The notes: generated by a model not told the origin, from the letters alone. A DNA stretch of 64,000 nucleotides from an uncultured Chloroflexia bacterium (GCA_963720495.1 CAVRFU010000013.1:154790-218789), one strand, 5' to 3'. Shown: positions 1 to 9,392, counted from the first letter of the stretch. Numbers and translations: made by a program.

Positions 1-1
1 C

Positions 2-496
2 ATCGCCCGGGTCCACGGCGCGGCGCTCGGCGGCGGGATGGGGCTGTGCGCCGTCGCCGACGTGGTCATCGCCGAGTCGGGCGCGCGGTTCGGGTTCACC
101 GAGACCCGTCTCGGGATCCTGCCGGCCGTCATCAGCCCGTTCGTGATCGCCAAGATCGGCGAGACCCACGCCCGCGCGCTGTTCCCGGGTGGCCGCCGAT
201 TCGACGCCACGCGGGCCGCGCGGATCGGCCTCGTCCACGAGATCGTCGAAGGTGACAGCGCTCTGGACGCAGCGATCGACGGGGCCGTCGCGGATGTCCT
301 GGCGGCGGGACCGACGGCGGCGCGGGCCGCCAAGGCGATCGTCCGCGAGGTCCGTGGCCTTGGTCACGGGTCATCCAAGTGGCACACCGCCCGGGTCATC
401 GCCCGGCAGCGCACCACCGAAGAGGCGCAGGAGGGGTTTCGCGCCTTCGTCGAGAAACGCCGACCGGCCTGGGCGCCCCCATCCGACGAGGGCTGA
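2..496 (+). CDS. enoyl-CoA hydratase/isomerase family protein, probably methylglutaconyl-CoA hydratase (5' end outside window)
   Basis: Frame is open from the window edge. Crotonase-type sequence (HGAALGGGMGLCAVAD, FTETRLGILPAV, EAQEGFRAFVEKRRP). Lies directly upstream of the carboxylase alpha subunit and HMG-CoA lyase. Confidence 0.85.
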   Translation: MARVHGAALGGGMGLCAVADVVIAESGARFGFTETRLGILPAVISPFVIAKIGETHARALFPGGRRFDATRAARIGLVHEIVEGDSALDAAIDGAVADVLAAGPTAARAAKAIVREVRGLGHGSSKWHTARVIARQRTTEEAQEGFRAFVEKRRPAWAPPSDEG

Positions 497-537
497 CAAC
501 GCCCTCTGTAGTCGAATATGCGACACTCGCGACACGC

Positions 538-2583
538 ATGTCCGATGAGCTGAGCCCAAGCCAGGCAGCGACGCGGATCGGGGCCACGACGCGCTCCGTC
601 CAACGCTGGATCGCGAGCGGTCGGCTGCCAGCCAGGCGGGTTGGGGGACGGTGGCGTGTCGCGAGTGACGCGATTGACGCGTTCGTCGTCTTCGACGGCA
701 CGACCGATGGCGAACCGCCGGCGACCATCACGCCGATCCGGACCCTGTTCATCGCCAACCGGGGTGAGATCGCGACACGGATCACGCGGACCTGCGACCG
801 CCTCGGGATCCGGGCGGTCGTCCCGGACACGGACGGCCCCGACGGGCTCGACCTGCTCGACATCGCTGCGGTCGTGGAGGCTGCGCGGGCCGCCGGAGCG
901 GACGCGGTCCACCCGGGCTTCGGCTTCCTGGCCGAGAACGCGGACTTCGCCGAGGCGGTCGGCGCCGCGGGGATCCGCTGGGTCGGACCGCCGCCGGCGG
1001 CGATCCGGGCGATGGGCGACAAGGCAGCCGCGCGTCGGCTGGCGGCATCGCTGGACGTCCCGATCCTCGCCGGCTACGACGACCCGGACCAGTCCGACGA
1101 GGCATTGCTCGCGGCAGCGACCCGGGTCGGCTTCCCGATGCTGGTCAAGCCGGCCGCCGGCGGCGGCGGCAAGGGCATGCGGACGGTCCGCGAGCCGGAC
1201 CGGCTGGCGGAGGCGATCGGAGCCGCCCGGCGCGAGGCTGCCGCGGCCTTCGGCGACGACCGGCTGATCCTGGAGCGCCTCGTCGTCGGAGCACGGCACG
1301 TCGAGATCCAGGTCCTGTTCGATGGCTATGGCGCGGGTGTGTCGCTGGGCGAACGCGATTGCTCGATCCAGCGCCGCCACCAGAAGGTGCTCGAGGAGGC
1401 CCCGTCGCCATCCGTGACCCCGGCGATGCGGGAACGGTTGGGAGCGGCGGCGCTCCGGCTGGCCGCCGCGGTCGGCTACGTCGGTGCCGGGACCTGCGAG
1501 TTCCTGCTCGACGAGCGTGGCGAACCGGTCTTCCTCGAGATGAACACGCGGCTCCAGGTGGAGCACCCCGTCACGGAGCTCGTGACCGGCCGCGACCTGG
1601 TCGCCGATCAGCTGCGGATCGCCGCCGGTGAGCGCCTGGGCCTGACCGAGTCGGCCGGCCTCGCCACCGGGCACGCCGTCGAGGTCCGGCTCTATGCCGA
1701 GGATGCCGAGGCCGGCTTCCTCCCGGCGACCGGGCGGGTCGAGGCACTCACCTGGCCCGCCGGCGAGGGCATCCGCGTCGACGCCGGGATCGAGCTCGGC
1801 AGCGAGATCGGCGGCCGGTTCGACCCGATGCTGGCCAAGATCATCGCCTGGGGGCCGGACCGGGCGGCCGCCCTCGAGCGGCTCGCGGGCGCCCTCGACC
1901 GGACCGTCGTCCTCGGTGTCGTGACCAACCTGCGGTTCCTGCGCTGGCTGGTCCGCCAGCCGGTGGTCCGGCAGGGCGCCGCCCGGACCGACGTCCTGAC
2001 CCGGATCTGGCCGCCCGACGGCTGGTCGGGGCACACGGCGATCCCCGAGGAGGCGTGGACCGTCGCGGCGGACCTCCTGCTGGCCGGTGGCGATGCGGCC
2101 GACCCGTGGGCCGGCGGCTGGCGGCTCAACGCCGGCCGGTCGGTCCGGCTGGAGGCCGAGGGGATCACCCGGGTCGTCGAGATCGCCGGGCGGGCCGGCG
2201 CCCTCGCGGCTCACCCCGGGACACGTGCGATCGCGGCCGTCCGCGCGGGCGGCACCGTCCATCTCGACCTCGCCGGCCGAAGCGTCGCGTTCGCGCTGGC
2301 TCCTCCGCCGGACGTCGACGCGGCGGCCCGCGCGGCCGTCGCCCATGGCGCCGCCGGGGCGACCGGGCCGGTCGATCTCGTGGCCCCGATGCCCGGCGCC
2401 ATCCTGGCCATCCATGCCACGGTCGGGCAGGCCGTGGCCGCCGGCGACCCGGTGGTCACCCTCGAGGCGATGAAGATGGAGCACGTCGTGGCGGCCACGA
2501 TCGACGGACGCGTCGCGGACGTCGTCGTCCGGCCGGCCGACCAGGTCACGCGTGGCCAGCGGCTGGCGACCATCGAGCCCTGA
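538..2583 (+). CDS. biotin-dependent acyl-CoA carboxylase alpha subunit (biotin carboxylase + BCCP, likely methylcrotonyl-CoA carboxylase) with N-terminal excisionase-type HTH extension
   Basis: ATG at 538. First ~60 aa contain LSPSQAATRIGATTRSVQRWIASGRLPARRVGGRWRV (HTH). Then an ATP-grasp biotin carboxylase (IRTLFIANRGEIA, GGGGKGMR, EMNTRLQVEHP) and the biotinylation site EAMKME. One uninterrupted ORF. Confidence 0.9.
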   Translation: MSDELSPSQAATRIGATTRSVQRWIASGRLPARRVGGRWRVASDAIDAFVVFDGTTDGEPPATITPIRTLFIANRGEIATRITRTCDRLGIRAVVPDTDGPDGLDLLDIAAVVEAARAAGADAVHPGFGFLAENADFAEAVGAAGIRWVGPPPAAIRAMGDKAAARRLAASLDVPILAGYDDPDQSDEALLAAATRVGFPMLVKPAAGGGGKGMRTVREPDRLAEAIGAARREAAAAFGDDRLILERLVVGARHVEIQVLFDGYGAGVSLGERDCSIQRRHQKVLEEAPSPSVTPAMRERLGAAALRLAAAVGYVGAGTCEFLLDERGEPVFLEMNTRLQVEHPVTELVTGRDLVADQLRIAAGERLGLTESAGLATGHAVEVRLYAEDAEAGFLPATGRVEALTWPAGEGIRVDAGIELGSEIGGRFDPMLAKIIAWGPDRAAALERLAGALDRTVVLGVVTNLRFLRWLVRQPVVRQGAARTDVLTRIWPPDGWSGHTAIPEEAWTVAADLLLAGGDAADPWAGGWRLNAGRSVRLEAEGITRVVEIAGRAGALAAHPGTRAIAAVRAGGTVHLDLAGRSVAFALAPPPDVDAAARAAVAHGAAGATGPVDLVAPMPGAILAIHATVGQAVAAGDPVVTLEAMKMEHVVAATIDGRVADVVVRPADQVTRGQRLATIEP

Positions 2584-2628
2584 CGACCGGCGTTCGGGTA
2601 CGCTCACGCCCTTCGGATCGGAGGACCC

Positions 2629-2835
2629 ATGGCCAAGCACGAGACGGCGCCGGCGGACACGACGCCCCTGCCGCAGACCCGCGACGAGCTGCTCGCGCTC
2701 CATCGCGAGACGCGCCGGCGACGGAACGCCGCGCCGCATGGCAGCCCGGAGCACGTGGCCGCCATCGATCTCCTCGGACGGATCGAGGTCGAGGTCGCCC
2801 GCGTCGAGCGGGCGATGGATCCGCCGCTCGTCTGA
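2629..2835 (+). CDS. small hypothetical protein (68 aa) coupled to HMG-CoA lyase
   Basis: GGAGG 4 nt upstream of ATG 2629. GC3-rich frame. Stop TGA 2833-2835 lies 1 nt before the lyase ATG. Confidence 0.5.
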   Translation: MAKHETAPADTTPLPQTRDELLALHRETRRRRNAAPHGSPEHVAAIDLLGRIEVEVARVERAMDPPLV

Positions 2836-2836
2836 C

Positions 2837-3760
2837 ATGTCCGAGCGCGTCCGGGTCTACGAGGTCGGGCCCCGGGACGGCCTGCAGAACGAGGCGACCC
2901 CGATCCCGACGGCCAGCAAGGCCCGGTTCATCGAGCTGCTCGCGGCGGCCGGCCTGACCGAGATCGAGGCGACCAGCTTCGTCGCCCCGCGCGCGATCCC
3001 GCAGCTGGCCGACGCGGACGCCCTGCTCACCGGCCTGTCGCGGGCGTCCGGCGTCCGCTACCCCGTCCTCGTCCCGAACATGCGCGGGCTGGAGCGCGCG
3101 GAGGCGGCCGGCGCCGACGCCATCGCCGTCTTCACCGCGACGACCGACGCCTTCACCACGGCCAACATCGGGATGACCGTCGAGGCGTCGCTCGAGGCAT
3201 TCGCGCCCGTGCTGACGCGCGCCGCCGATCTCGGCTGGTGGCGGCGGGGCTACGTCTCGACGGCGTTCGGCTGCCCGTACACCGGCCGGGTGGAGCCGTC
3301 GCGGGCGGTGGACGTCGCGCTCCGCCTGGTCGATCTCGGTGTCGACGAGGTCTGCTTCGGGGACACGATCGGCGTCGGCGTCCCCGGCCAGGTCGCCGCG
3401 CTGACCGGGCTGGCGGTGGAGGCCGGCATCCCGCTCGAGCGCATCGCCTTCCACTTCCACGACACGCGCGGGACGGCGTTGGCCAACGTGGCGGCCGGGC
3501 TCGACGCGGGGGTCCGCTGCTTCGACTCGTCGACCGGCGGGACCGGCGGCTGCCCCTACGCACCGGGCGCCGCCGGCAATCTCGCGACCGAGGACCTCGT
3601 CTACTTCCTCGACGCCTCGGGCTGGGAACCGGGGGTTTCGCTCGAGGGCGTGCTCACCGCAGCGCGCTTCATCGCCGACGCGCTCGGTCGTCCGCTCGCC
3701 TCGAAGGTCGGCCAGGCCGGCGGCTGGGATCCGACGACCGGCGCGCCGACGGGGCGCTGA
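2837..3760 (+). CDS. hydroxymethylglutaryl-CoA lyase
   Basis: VRVYEVGPRDGLQNE, FHFHDTRGTALAN, GGCPYAPGAAGN motifs. Leucine-catabolism context. Confidence 0.9.
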   Translation: MSERVRVYEVGPRDGLQNEATPIPTASKARFIELLAAAGLTEIEATSFVAPRAIPQLADADALLTGLSRASGVRYPVLVPNMRGLERAEAAGADAIAVFTATTDAFTTANIGMTVEASLEAFAPVLTRAADLGWWRRGYVSTAFGCPYTGRVEPSRAVDVALRLVDLGVDEVCFGDTIGVGVPGQVAALTGLAVEAGIPLERIAFHFHDTRGTALANVAAGLDAGVRCFDSSTGGTGGCPYAPGAAGNLATEDLVYFLDASGWEPGVSLEGVLTAARFIADALGRPLASKVGQAGGWDPTTGAPTGR

Positions 3761-4342
3761 TCAGGACGAGCCCTCCGGTGGCGTCCAGTCCGGGTTGAGC
3801 AGGCTCGTGAGGATGTGGTCCTGCCAGCGGCCGTCGATCCGGAGGTAGTCCCGCGCATACCCGTCGACCGCGAAGCCGAGGCGCTTCAGCACCGCTGCAC
3901 TCCGCGTGTTGTGCGGCACGTAGTTGGCCGAGATCCGGTGCAGGTGCATCTCGTCGAACATGTAGGCGATGCCGAGCCGCAGGGCGCCGGTCATCAGGCC
4001 CCGGCCCTGCTGGCCCTCGGCCAGCGCATATCCGAGGAAGCACGACTGGAACGGCCCGCGCACGATGTTCGAGAAGCTGGCGAGACCGAGGACCGGTGCG
4101 CCGGGACCGGGCTCGAACAGGTAGAAGCGGACCGACAGCCCTGCCTCGTACTCGTCGTGGTCCCGTTCGACCTGGCGCATCCAGAACGCCTCGGTGAAGT
4201 GATCGGCCGCCGGGACCGGCTCGAACGGCCTGAAGTGATCGGCATTGCCCCGGCGATACGACAGCAGCTGTGGCACGTCCGACACGTCGGCCAGACGGAG
4301 CTCGTACCCCTCCGCGACGAGCCTCGGAACGTCCGCGTTCAC
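3761..4342 (-). CDS. GNAT family N-acetyltransferase (RimJ/RimL-like)
   Basis: 193-aa ORF. GYALAEGQQGRGLMTGAL acetyl-CoA-binding region, HRISANYVPHNTRSAAVLKRLGF. Confidence 0.85.
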   Translation of the reverse strand: MNADVPRLVAEGYELRLADVSDVPQLLSYRRGNADHFRPFEPVPAADHFTEAFWMRQVERDHDEYEAGLSVRFYLFEPGPGAPVLGLASFSNIVRGPFQSCFLGYALAEGQQGRGLMTGALRLGIAYMFDEMHLHRISANYVPHNTRSAAVLKRLGFAVDGYARDYLRIDGRWQDHILTSLLNPDWTPPEGSS

Positions 4343-4441
4343 GCCCTCGCCCCTCCTCTCCCACGGCCTCCGCGATCGCTCGACGGCGGAGGCGCCGTGC
4401 GAGCATGCCTCACCAGCGCCAGCACGTTGCGGACGTTCTGC

Positions 4442-4447
4442 TATCGT
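4442..4447 (+). promoter_or_regulatory. putative -10 box TATCGT, 8 nt before ATG 4456 (leaderless HNH mRNA)
   Basis: TAnnnT hexamer, no Shine-Dalgarno between box and ATG. Same geometry recurs at other genes in this window. Confidence 0.4.
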
Positions 4448-4455
4448 CCGGCCAC

Positions 4456-4971
4456 ATGGACGGTGTCGTGCTCGTTCTGAACCAGAACTACGAACCGCTC
4501 AACGTCTGCAACCTGCCTCGCGCCTTCCGCCTCGTGTTCGGCGAGAAGGCCGAAGTGATCGAATACGACCACCAGGTGATCCGGACGCCGCGGACCGAAT
4601 ACCGTGCGCCCTCCGTCATCCGTCTCCAGTACCTCATCCGGCGGCCCCGGCCGCGGGTGAAGCTGTCGCGACGCGAGGTCTTCGCCCGGGATCGCCACAC
4701 ATGCCAGTACTGTGGCCGGCAGGCGCACGACATGACCCTCGACCACGTGATGCCGCGTCATCGGGGCGGCGGGCACACCTGGGAGAACCTCGTGACCGCC
4801 TGCAAGCCGTGCAACCACCGCAAGGGCGGCAAGACGCTCGAGGAGGCCCGCCTGCACCTCCTCCGGCAGCCGTTCGAGCCGCGCAGCGACATCTACTCGC
4901 TGTTCACGCCCTACCTCGCCGACGAGAACAACGAGGCGTGGCGGACCTACCTGTTCCTGGGCCGCAACTGA
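4456..4971 (+). CDS. HNH endonuclease
   Basis: CQYCG...LDHVMPRHRGGGHTWENLVTACKPCNHRKG HNH/zinc-finger core. Start chosen at ATG 4456 because of the upstream -10-like box. Confidence 0.85.
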   Translation: MDGVVLVLNQNYEPLNVCNLPRAFRLVFGEKAEVIEYDHQVIRTPRTEYRAPSVIRLQYLIRRPRPRVKLSRREVFARDRHTCQYCGRQAHDMTLDHVMPRHRGGGHTWENLVTACKPCNHRKGGKTLEEARLHLLRQPFEPRSDIYSLFTPYLADENNEAWRTYLFLGRN

Positions 4972-6344
4972 CGGGCACGACCGGGGGGCCGGCAGCCATC
5001 GCGGACGCGATCCCCGACGCCGTCACCGGCGTGCTCCAGATCCTCTGGGCGAACGGATCACGCGGCGTACGTCGTCGGCGGGTCGCTGCGCGACGTCGTC
5101 CTGGGTCGCCGGCCGCAGGACTGGGACCTCGCGTCGGGGGCGTTGCCCGAGGCGGTCGTCGCGCTCTTCCCGGATGCCGTCTACGAGAACCGGTTCGGCA
5201 CGGTCGCCGTCCGGCCGACGACGAGATCTTCGAGATCACGACGTTCAGGACCGACCACGACTACGCCGACTTCCGGCGACCGCACCGCGTCGAGTTCGGC
5301 GACAGCATCGAGCTGGACCTGGCCCGCCGCGACTTCACGGTCAATGCGATGGCGTGGGGGTCGGAGCCGGGCGGCGCGCCGGCGTTCCTCGATCCGTTCG
5401 GTGGTCTCGCGGACGTGGAAGCCGGCTGGTTGCGCGCGGTCGGTGACGCCCGGACGCGCTTCGAAGAGGATGCCCTGCGGATGATCCGCGCCGTCCGGCT
5501 GGCCGCGACGCTCGGGTTCGGCATCGAGCCGGCGACGCTGGCCGGGATCCAGGCCCGGGCCGACCTTGCTCGTCACCTGTCCGGCGAGCGGATCGCCGCC
5601 GAGCTCGGCAAGCTGCTCGCGGCGCCCGTCCCGTCCGTCGGTCTGCGACTGATGAGCGACACGGACCTGCTCCGCGCGGTCTCACCCGATCTGGCCGCCC
5701 AGCGCGGGATCCCCCAGAACAAGGTGCCGGGCGAGGACCTCTGGGACCACACGCTGCGGGCGGTCGACGCGGCGCCGGCCGCGCGCCCGGTCGTCCGGCT
5801 GGCGACGCTGCTCCACGACATCGGCAAGCCCGCGACGTTCGCCGACGGCCATTTCGTCGGTCACGACGCGGTCGGCGCCGAGCTGGCCGGGGCGTTCATG
5901 GATCGGCTGCGGCTGTCGCGCCCCGTGCACGATCGCATCGTCGAGCTGGTCCGCAACCACATGTTCAGCTACGAGCCGAACTGGTCCGACGCCGCGGTCC
6001 GGCGGTTCATCGCCAAGATGGAGGGGATCGGGCCGGGCGCGCTCGAGGAATTGCTCGAACTGCGCGAGGCGGACAATATCGGCTCGGGCCTGCCGGCCGA
6101 GGCCGGGCGGCTCGCCGAGCTCCGGGCGCGCGTCGCGGCCGAGCTGGCGGCGGAGGTCGTGCTCGATCGCCGGGGCCTCGCGATCGACGGCAACGACCTC
6201 ATCTCGGAGCTGGGGCTCGAAGAAGGACCCCGGCTGGGACGTATCCTCGACGCGTTGCTGGAGCAGGTCATCGCAGATCCCGCGCTCAACGACCGACCCA
6301 CGCTCCTGCTCCTGGCCCAGTCGATGCAGACGGAGGACCGGTAG
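4938..6344 (+). CDS. cca: CCA-adding tRNA nucleotidyltransferase / poly(A) polymerase family with HD domain; reading frame broken twice as assembled (~5060 and ~5215)
   Basis: N-terminal piece ILWANG (frame 0). Middle piece HAAYVVGGSLRDVVLGRRPQDWDLASGALPEAVVALFPDAVYENRFGTVAVRP (frame 1). Then DDEIFEITTFRTDHDY, RDFTVNAMAW, LLHDIGKP (frame 0). GTG 4938 start is tentative. Confidence 0.8.
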   Translation: MADLPVPGPQLTGTTGGPAAIADAIPDAVTGVLQILWANGSRGVRRRRVAARRRPGSPAAGLGPRVGGVARGGRRALPGCRLREPVRHGRRPADDEIFEITTFRTDHDYADFRRPHRVEFGDSIELDLARRDFTVNAMAWGSEPGGAPAFLDPFGGLADVEAGWLRAVGDARTRFEEDALRMIRAVRLAATLGFGIEPATLAGIQARADLARHLSGERIAAELGKLLAAPVPSVGLRLMSDTDLLRAVSPDLAAQRGIPQNKVPGEDLWDHTLRAVDAAPAARPVVRLATLLHDIGKPATFADGHFVGHDAVGAELAGAFMDRLRLSRPVHDRIVELVRNHMFSYEPNWSDAAVRRFIAKMEGIGPGALEELLELREADNIGSGLPAEAGRLAELRARVAAELAAEVVLDRRGLAIDGNDLISELGLEEGPRLGRILDALLEQVIADPALNDRPTLLLLAQSMQTEDR

Positions 6345-6672
6345 GCGTTCGGACGGTGCGCCGAAGCACCACGAAACGCATCGCGGCCTTGTTTGGCAAA
6401 CGTGCCCCGAAGGGCCGACCGGCTCGCGACGGTAGACCCAGCTGGACCGGGGTCGGATAATCCGGCCACTGCACGACGCCGCCCCCTGACACTGGCTGCC
6501 ATCGGTCCGACGCCGTCCACCAGAGAGGAGGTGGACCTGCTCGATCGATCCGGTTCGACCCGACCGTCGCGATCCGATCGCGCGCCTCGGGATCGATCAG
6601 AGGACGGGCGACACCGGGTCCGCGTCGTCGCTGACGTCGCGTCTTCGAGCGTCCCCACCGAAAGGACCTTTC

Positions 6673-8340
6673 GTGAACGGATTCAGACCGTTGCGCATCG
6701 CATTCGCAGGCGTGCTGCTCGTCGGATCGACAGTCGCCACGACGAGTGCCGCCTCGCCCCAGACCCCGCCGCTACAGCACGAATCGGTCTGCGAGAGTCA
6801 CAGAGCGTTGTGCGCCGACCCGTTCGACACCATCGGTGACGGGTACGTCGGTCACGATGAGCCGTCCGTGCTCTTCAGGTCGGGCGTTCCAGGCTCTGGG
6901 AACGACATCACGTACGAGCTCACGCTCCCGATGGAACCCAAGCAAAAGCCCCAGAACGACGGTTCCGGCGGCACCTGGAACTTCCAGCTCCGGCCCACCT
7001 TGTGGTTCGGGCTCACGCTGTGCGACTCGGAGTCGGCGCCCGAGTTCACCAAGATCTGTACCCCGGATTCGGACGCCAACGATCTCGTCGGGACCGATCC
7101 GACGAAGGCAGACTTCATCGGTCACCACCCGGGCAATGCGTACATGGAGCTCCAGTTCTACGGACCCGGGTACGTCCCCCAGTTCGAGGGCTTCGGCTGC
7201 AGTGCCACCCAGTACTGCGCTGCCATGACCATCGACAGCCTCAGCCTCGACCAGGCGACCAACAGGGCCAACAACGAGGACTGCGGCAACTACATCCTCG
7301 GCGGCGTCGAGCCGATCAACTGGGCCTACGTCACCCGCAGCGGCGTCTCGCAGGCTCCGGCCAACCCGCTGTTCACCGGGACCTTCACCCACCCCGACTT
7401 CAGTGCCGTGAACCCCGACTATTCGAAGGACCTGATGATGAGCCCCGGTGACCGGATCACGATCCATATGCACGACACGAGCGCCGGGCTCCGGATCGAC
7501 CTGAATGACCACACCACGCATCAGACGGGGTCGATGACGGCCTCGATCGCCAATGGCTTCGGGCACATCCTGTACCAGCCGGACTCCGATGTCTGCCACA
7601 TGGAGCCGTACGCGTTCCACCCCGAGTACAGCACGGGGAACCCGCGCGGCAATACGTGGTCCGCACACACCTACAACGTCGCCTACTCCGATGAGATCGG
7701 GCATTTCGAGAACTGCCTCGCGCTCGATCCCAACTTCAACTGCGCGGTGTCCGCCGACGACGAGCCGGGTGGCGCGCTGGACGGCGATGATGCCTTCTGC
7801 GTCCCGGCCGAGGATTCGCTGCTGATCAAGATCAACGGCTGCTTCCTCGACGACGGGGACTTCGATGGACCCTCCTACCAGAACGACTGGCCGGGGACCG
7901 ATCCCAACCGGGGCCAGGACGCCAAGTACCATCCGACGCCGGTGATGTTCACCAGTCCGCTGGCCAACGGGACGACGAACTATTCGGATGTCCGGTTCGA
8001 AGCGGACCTCCCGCGGATCGAGGCTGCCGACTCGCAGCTCAACCCACCGTTCTGCAACCGGACGACCGGTCAGGACTGTGTCAACCCGCCCGCCGGCGCC
8101 CAGTTCTATCCCTTCTTCTCGACGCGGATGGACAACGGCACCTGCACCTGGCAGGAAGGCGGCCGCTACATCAAGGGGACGATCAACGACTTCGGCGGCT
8201 CCTCGACGACGGCGTTCGGGCCGTTGCTCCTGACGCCGTACCAGGCCGGGAATGGGGTCGTCTATCGCTACAACAACTTCCAGCGCGACCTTGGCGGCAA
8301 CCCGTGCCCCAATGCCGCCGGGGAGACAGCTCATCGGTGA
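6673..8340 (+). CDS. secreted Cys-rich protein of unknown function
   Basis: GTG 6673 preceded by GAAAGGA. Signal-peptide-like N-terminus (RIAFAGVLLVGSTVATTSAASP). 555 aa, uninterrupted, many Cys. Residue and codon composition visibly less GC-biased than neighbours. No family recognised. Confidence 0.8.
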   Translation: MNGFRPLRIAFAGVLLVGSTVATTSAASPQTPPLQHESVCESHRALCADPFDTIGDGYVGHDEPSVLFRSGVPGSGNDITYELTLPMEPKQKPQNDGSGGTWNFQLRPTLWFGLTLCDSESAPEFTKICTPDSDANDLVGTDPTKADFIGHHPGNAYMELQFYGPGYVPQFEGFGCSATQYCAAMTIDSLSLDQATNRANNEDCGNYILGGVEPINWAYVTRSGVSQAPANPLFTGTFTHPDFSAVNPDYSKDLMMSPGDRITIHMHDTSAGLRIDLNDHTTHQTGSMTASIANGFGHILYQPDSDVCHMEPYAFHPEYSTGNPRGNTWSAHTYNVAYSDEIGHFENCLALDPNFNCAVSADDEPGGALDGDDAFCVPAEDSLLIKINGCFLDDGDFDGPSYQNDWPGTDPNRGQDAKYHPTPVMFTSPLANGTTNYSDVRFEADLPRIEAADSQLNPPFCNRTTGQDCVNPPAGAQFYPFFSTRMDNGTCTWQEGGRYIKGTINDFGGSSTTAFGPLLLTPYQAGNGVVYRYNNFQRDLGGNPCPNAAGETAHR

Positions 8341-8484
8341 TCAGGGCCTGGCCCTGAGGTGATCGCGATCGAGGGAGGCGGCTCGCCACGCGGGCCGCCT
8401 CCCCTCATGCCTGCCACCCTCCTCCACCGCGTATGGTTCTGTCACGCTGCGGCTGCTTGCCCAGGCGATGCTGACGGAGGACCG

Positions 8485-9321
8485 ATGATCGAACTGCTGC
8501 TGCAGGCCGAGCGCCTGCTCTCGGTCGGGCTGCTCGACAAGGCGGAACAGCTCTACCGCCAGGTCGCCAATGCCGATCCCAAGAACTCGATCGCGGTCGT
8601 CGGCCTGGCGCGGGTCACCCTCGACCGCGGCGACGACGAGGGCGCCCTCGAGCTCGCGCGGCGCGCCGTCTCGATCGACCCGGAGAATGCCGCCGCCCAG
8701 CGGCTGGTCGCGCGGCTCGAGGAAGTGCTCGAATACCGCCAGTCCGCGGAGTCGCTGCTGTTCGATCGGGCCGAGGCGGTCAGCGCCCTCCAGGCCGAAG
8801 TGGCAGCCGAGGTCGCGGCGGAGGTCCGCGCGGTGCCCGGCGGGGACGCCCCGGTCGAGACGAGTGGGGCCGCGGCTGCGGTGGAGCCGGACGACGCGGA
8901 GGGGGCGACCGGGGCAGGTGACGCGGCGGAGTCGGCGGGCGCGGCCGGGACCGAGCCGGCCGATGCGGAGGCGGGGCGGAACGACATCCCGGCTCCGGGC
9001 ACCTCGACACCACCCACGACGGCCGATCCGATCGGCGATGTCACGATCGCTGGCGAGCCGGTTGCCGTCCCGCCCACCCCGGCCGCTCCGCCCGTGACCA
9101 CCGAACCCTCGCCGGCGAGCCCGTCCCCCACCCCGCTGAACGCAGGCCCGGCCGACCCGCCGTGGGCCGACGTCAAGGTGCCCGAGCCCGAACCGGCGCC
9201 ACCACCACCGGCGGTCGAGCCACAGGTCCCGTACATCCCGCCGTCCACGTCGGCGACGGCCGGCGACGGCGCCCAGACCGGGATCCTCGCCTATCTCGAG
9301 CGCCTGTTCCGCCGACGCTGA
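8485..9321 (+). CDS. TPR-repeat protein with Ala/Pro/Glu-rich C-terminal tail
   Basis: ATG 8485 after GGAGG. TPR-like helices (AEQLYRQVANADPKNSIAVVGLARVTLDRGDDEGALELARRAVSIDPENAAAQRL). Low-complexity tail. Confidence 0.75.
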   Translation: MIELLLQAERLLSVGLLDKAEQLYRQVANADPKNSIAVVGLARVTLDRGDDEGALELARRAVSIDPENAAAQRLVARLEEVLEYRQSAESLLFDRAEAVSALQAEVAAEVAAEVRAVPGGDAPVETSGAAAAVEPDDAEGATGAGDAAESAGAAGTEPADAEAGRNDIPAPGTSTPPTTADPIGDVTIAGEPVAVPPTPAAPPVTTEPSPASPSPTPLNAGPADPPWADVKVPEPEPAPPPPAVEPQVPYIPPSTSATAGDGAQTGILAYLERLFRRR

Positions 9322-9380
9322 TTCGCGCCGACGAGGTCCGCACGATGCGGCGGGACCTGCCCTGACCGGGCGTCAGCCCG

Positions 9381-9386
9381 TATGGT
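9381..9386 (+). promoter_or_regulatory. putative -10 box TATGGT, 6 nt before galE ATG (leaderless)
   Basis: TAnnnT hexamer immediately upstream of ATG 9393, no RBS. Confidence 0.4.
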
Positions 9387-9392
9387 TCGGTC

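Noticed and set aside
364-2838. 824-aa ORF on the minus strand
   Set aside because: It is antisense shadow of the carboxylase gene. The translation is Arg/Gly/Pro/Asp low-complexity with no motifs, whereas the plus-strand frame has clear enzyme motifs. Long stop-free antisense frames are expected at this GC content.
3669-4406. 245-aa minus-strand ORF overlapping the GNAT gene
   Set aside because: It is an alternative frame of the same region with an Arg-rich nonsense translation. The 193-aa frame carries the GNAT motifs.
4456-4971. HNH endonuclease as part of a restriction or defence system
   Set aside because: It is a stand-alone ~170-aa HNH with no methylase, helicase, ATPase or other defence partner nearby. 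It is flanked by housekeeping genes (GNAT, cca).
5060-5215. Programmed ribosomal frameshifting in cca (and in galE and EamA, which also show compensating pairs)
   Set aside because: No slippery heptamer or downstream structure is present. The same kind of break occurs in about 25 unrelated genes, several at simple G/C runs. Assembly indels are the economical explanation.
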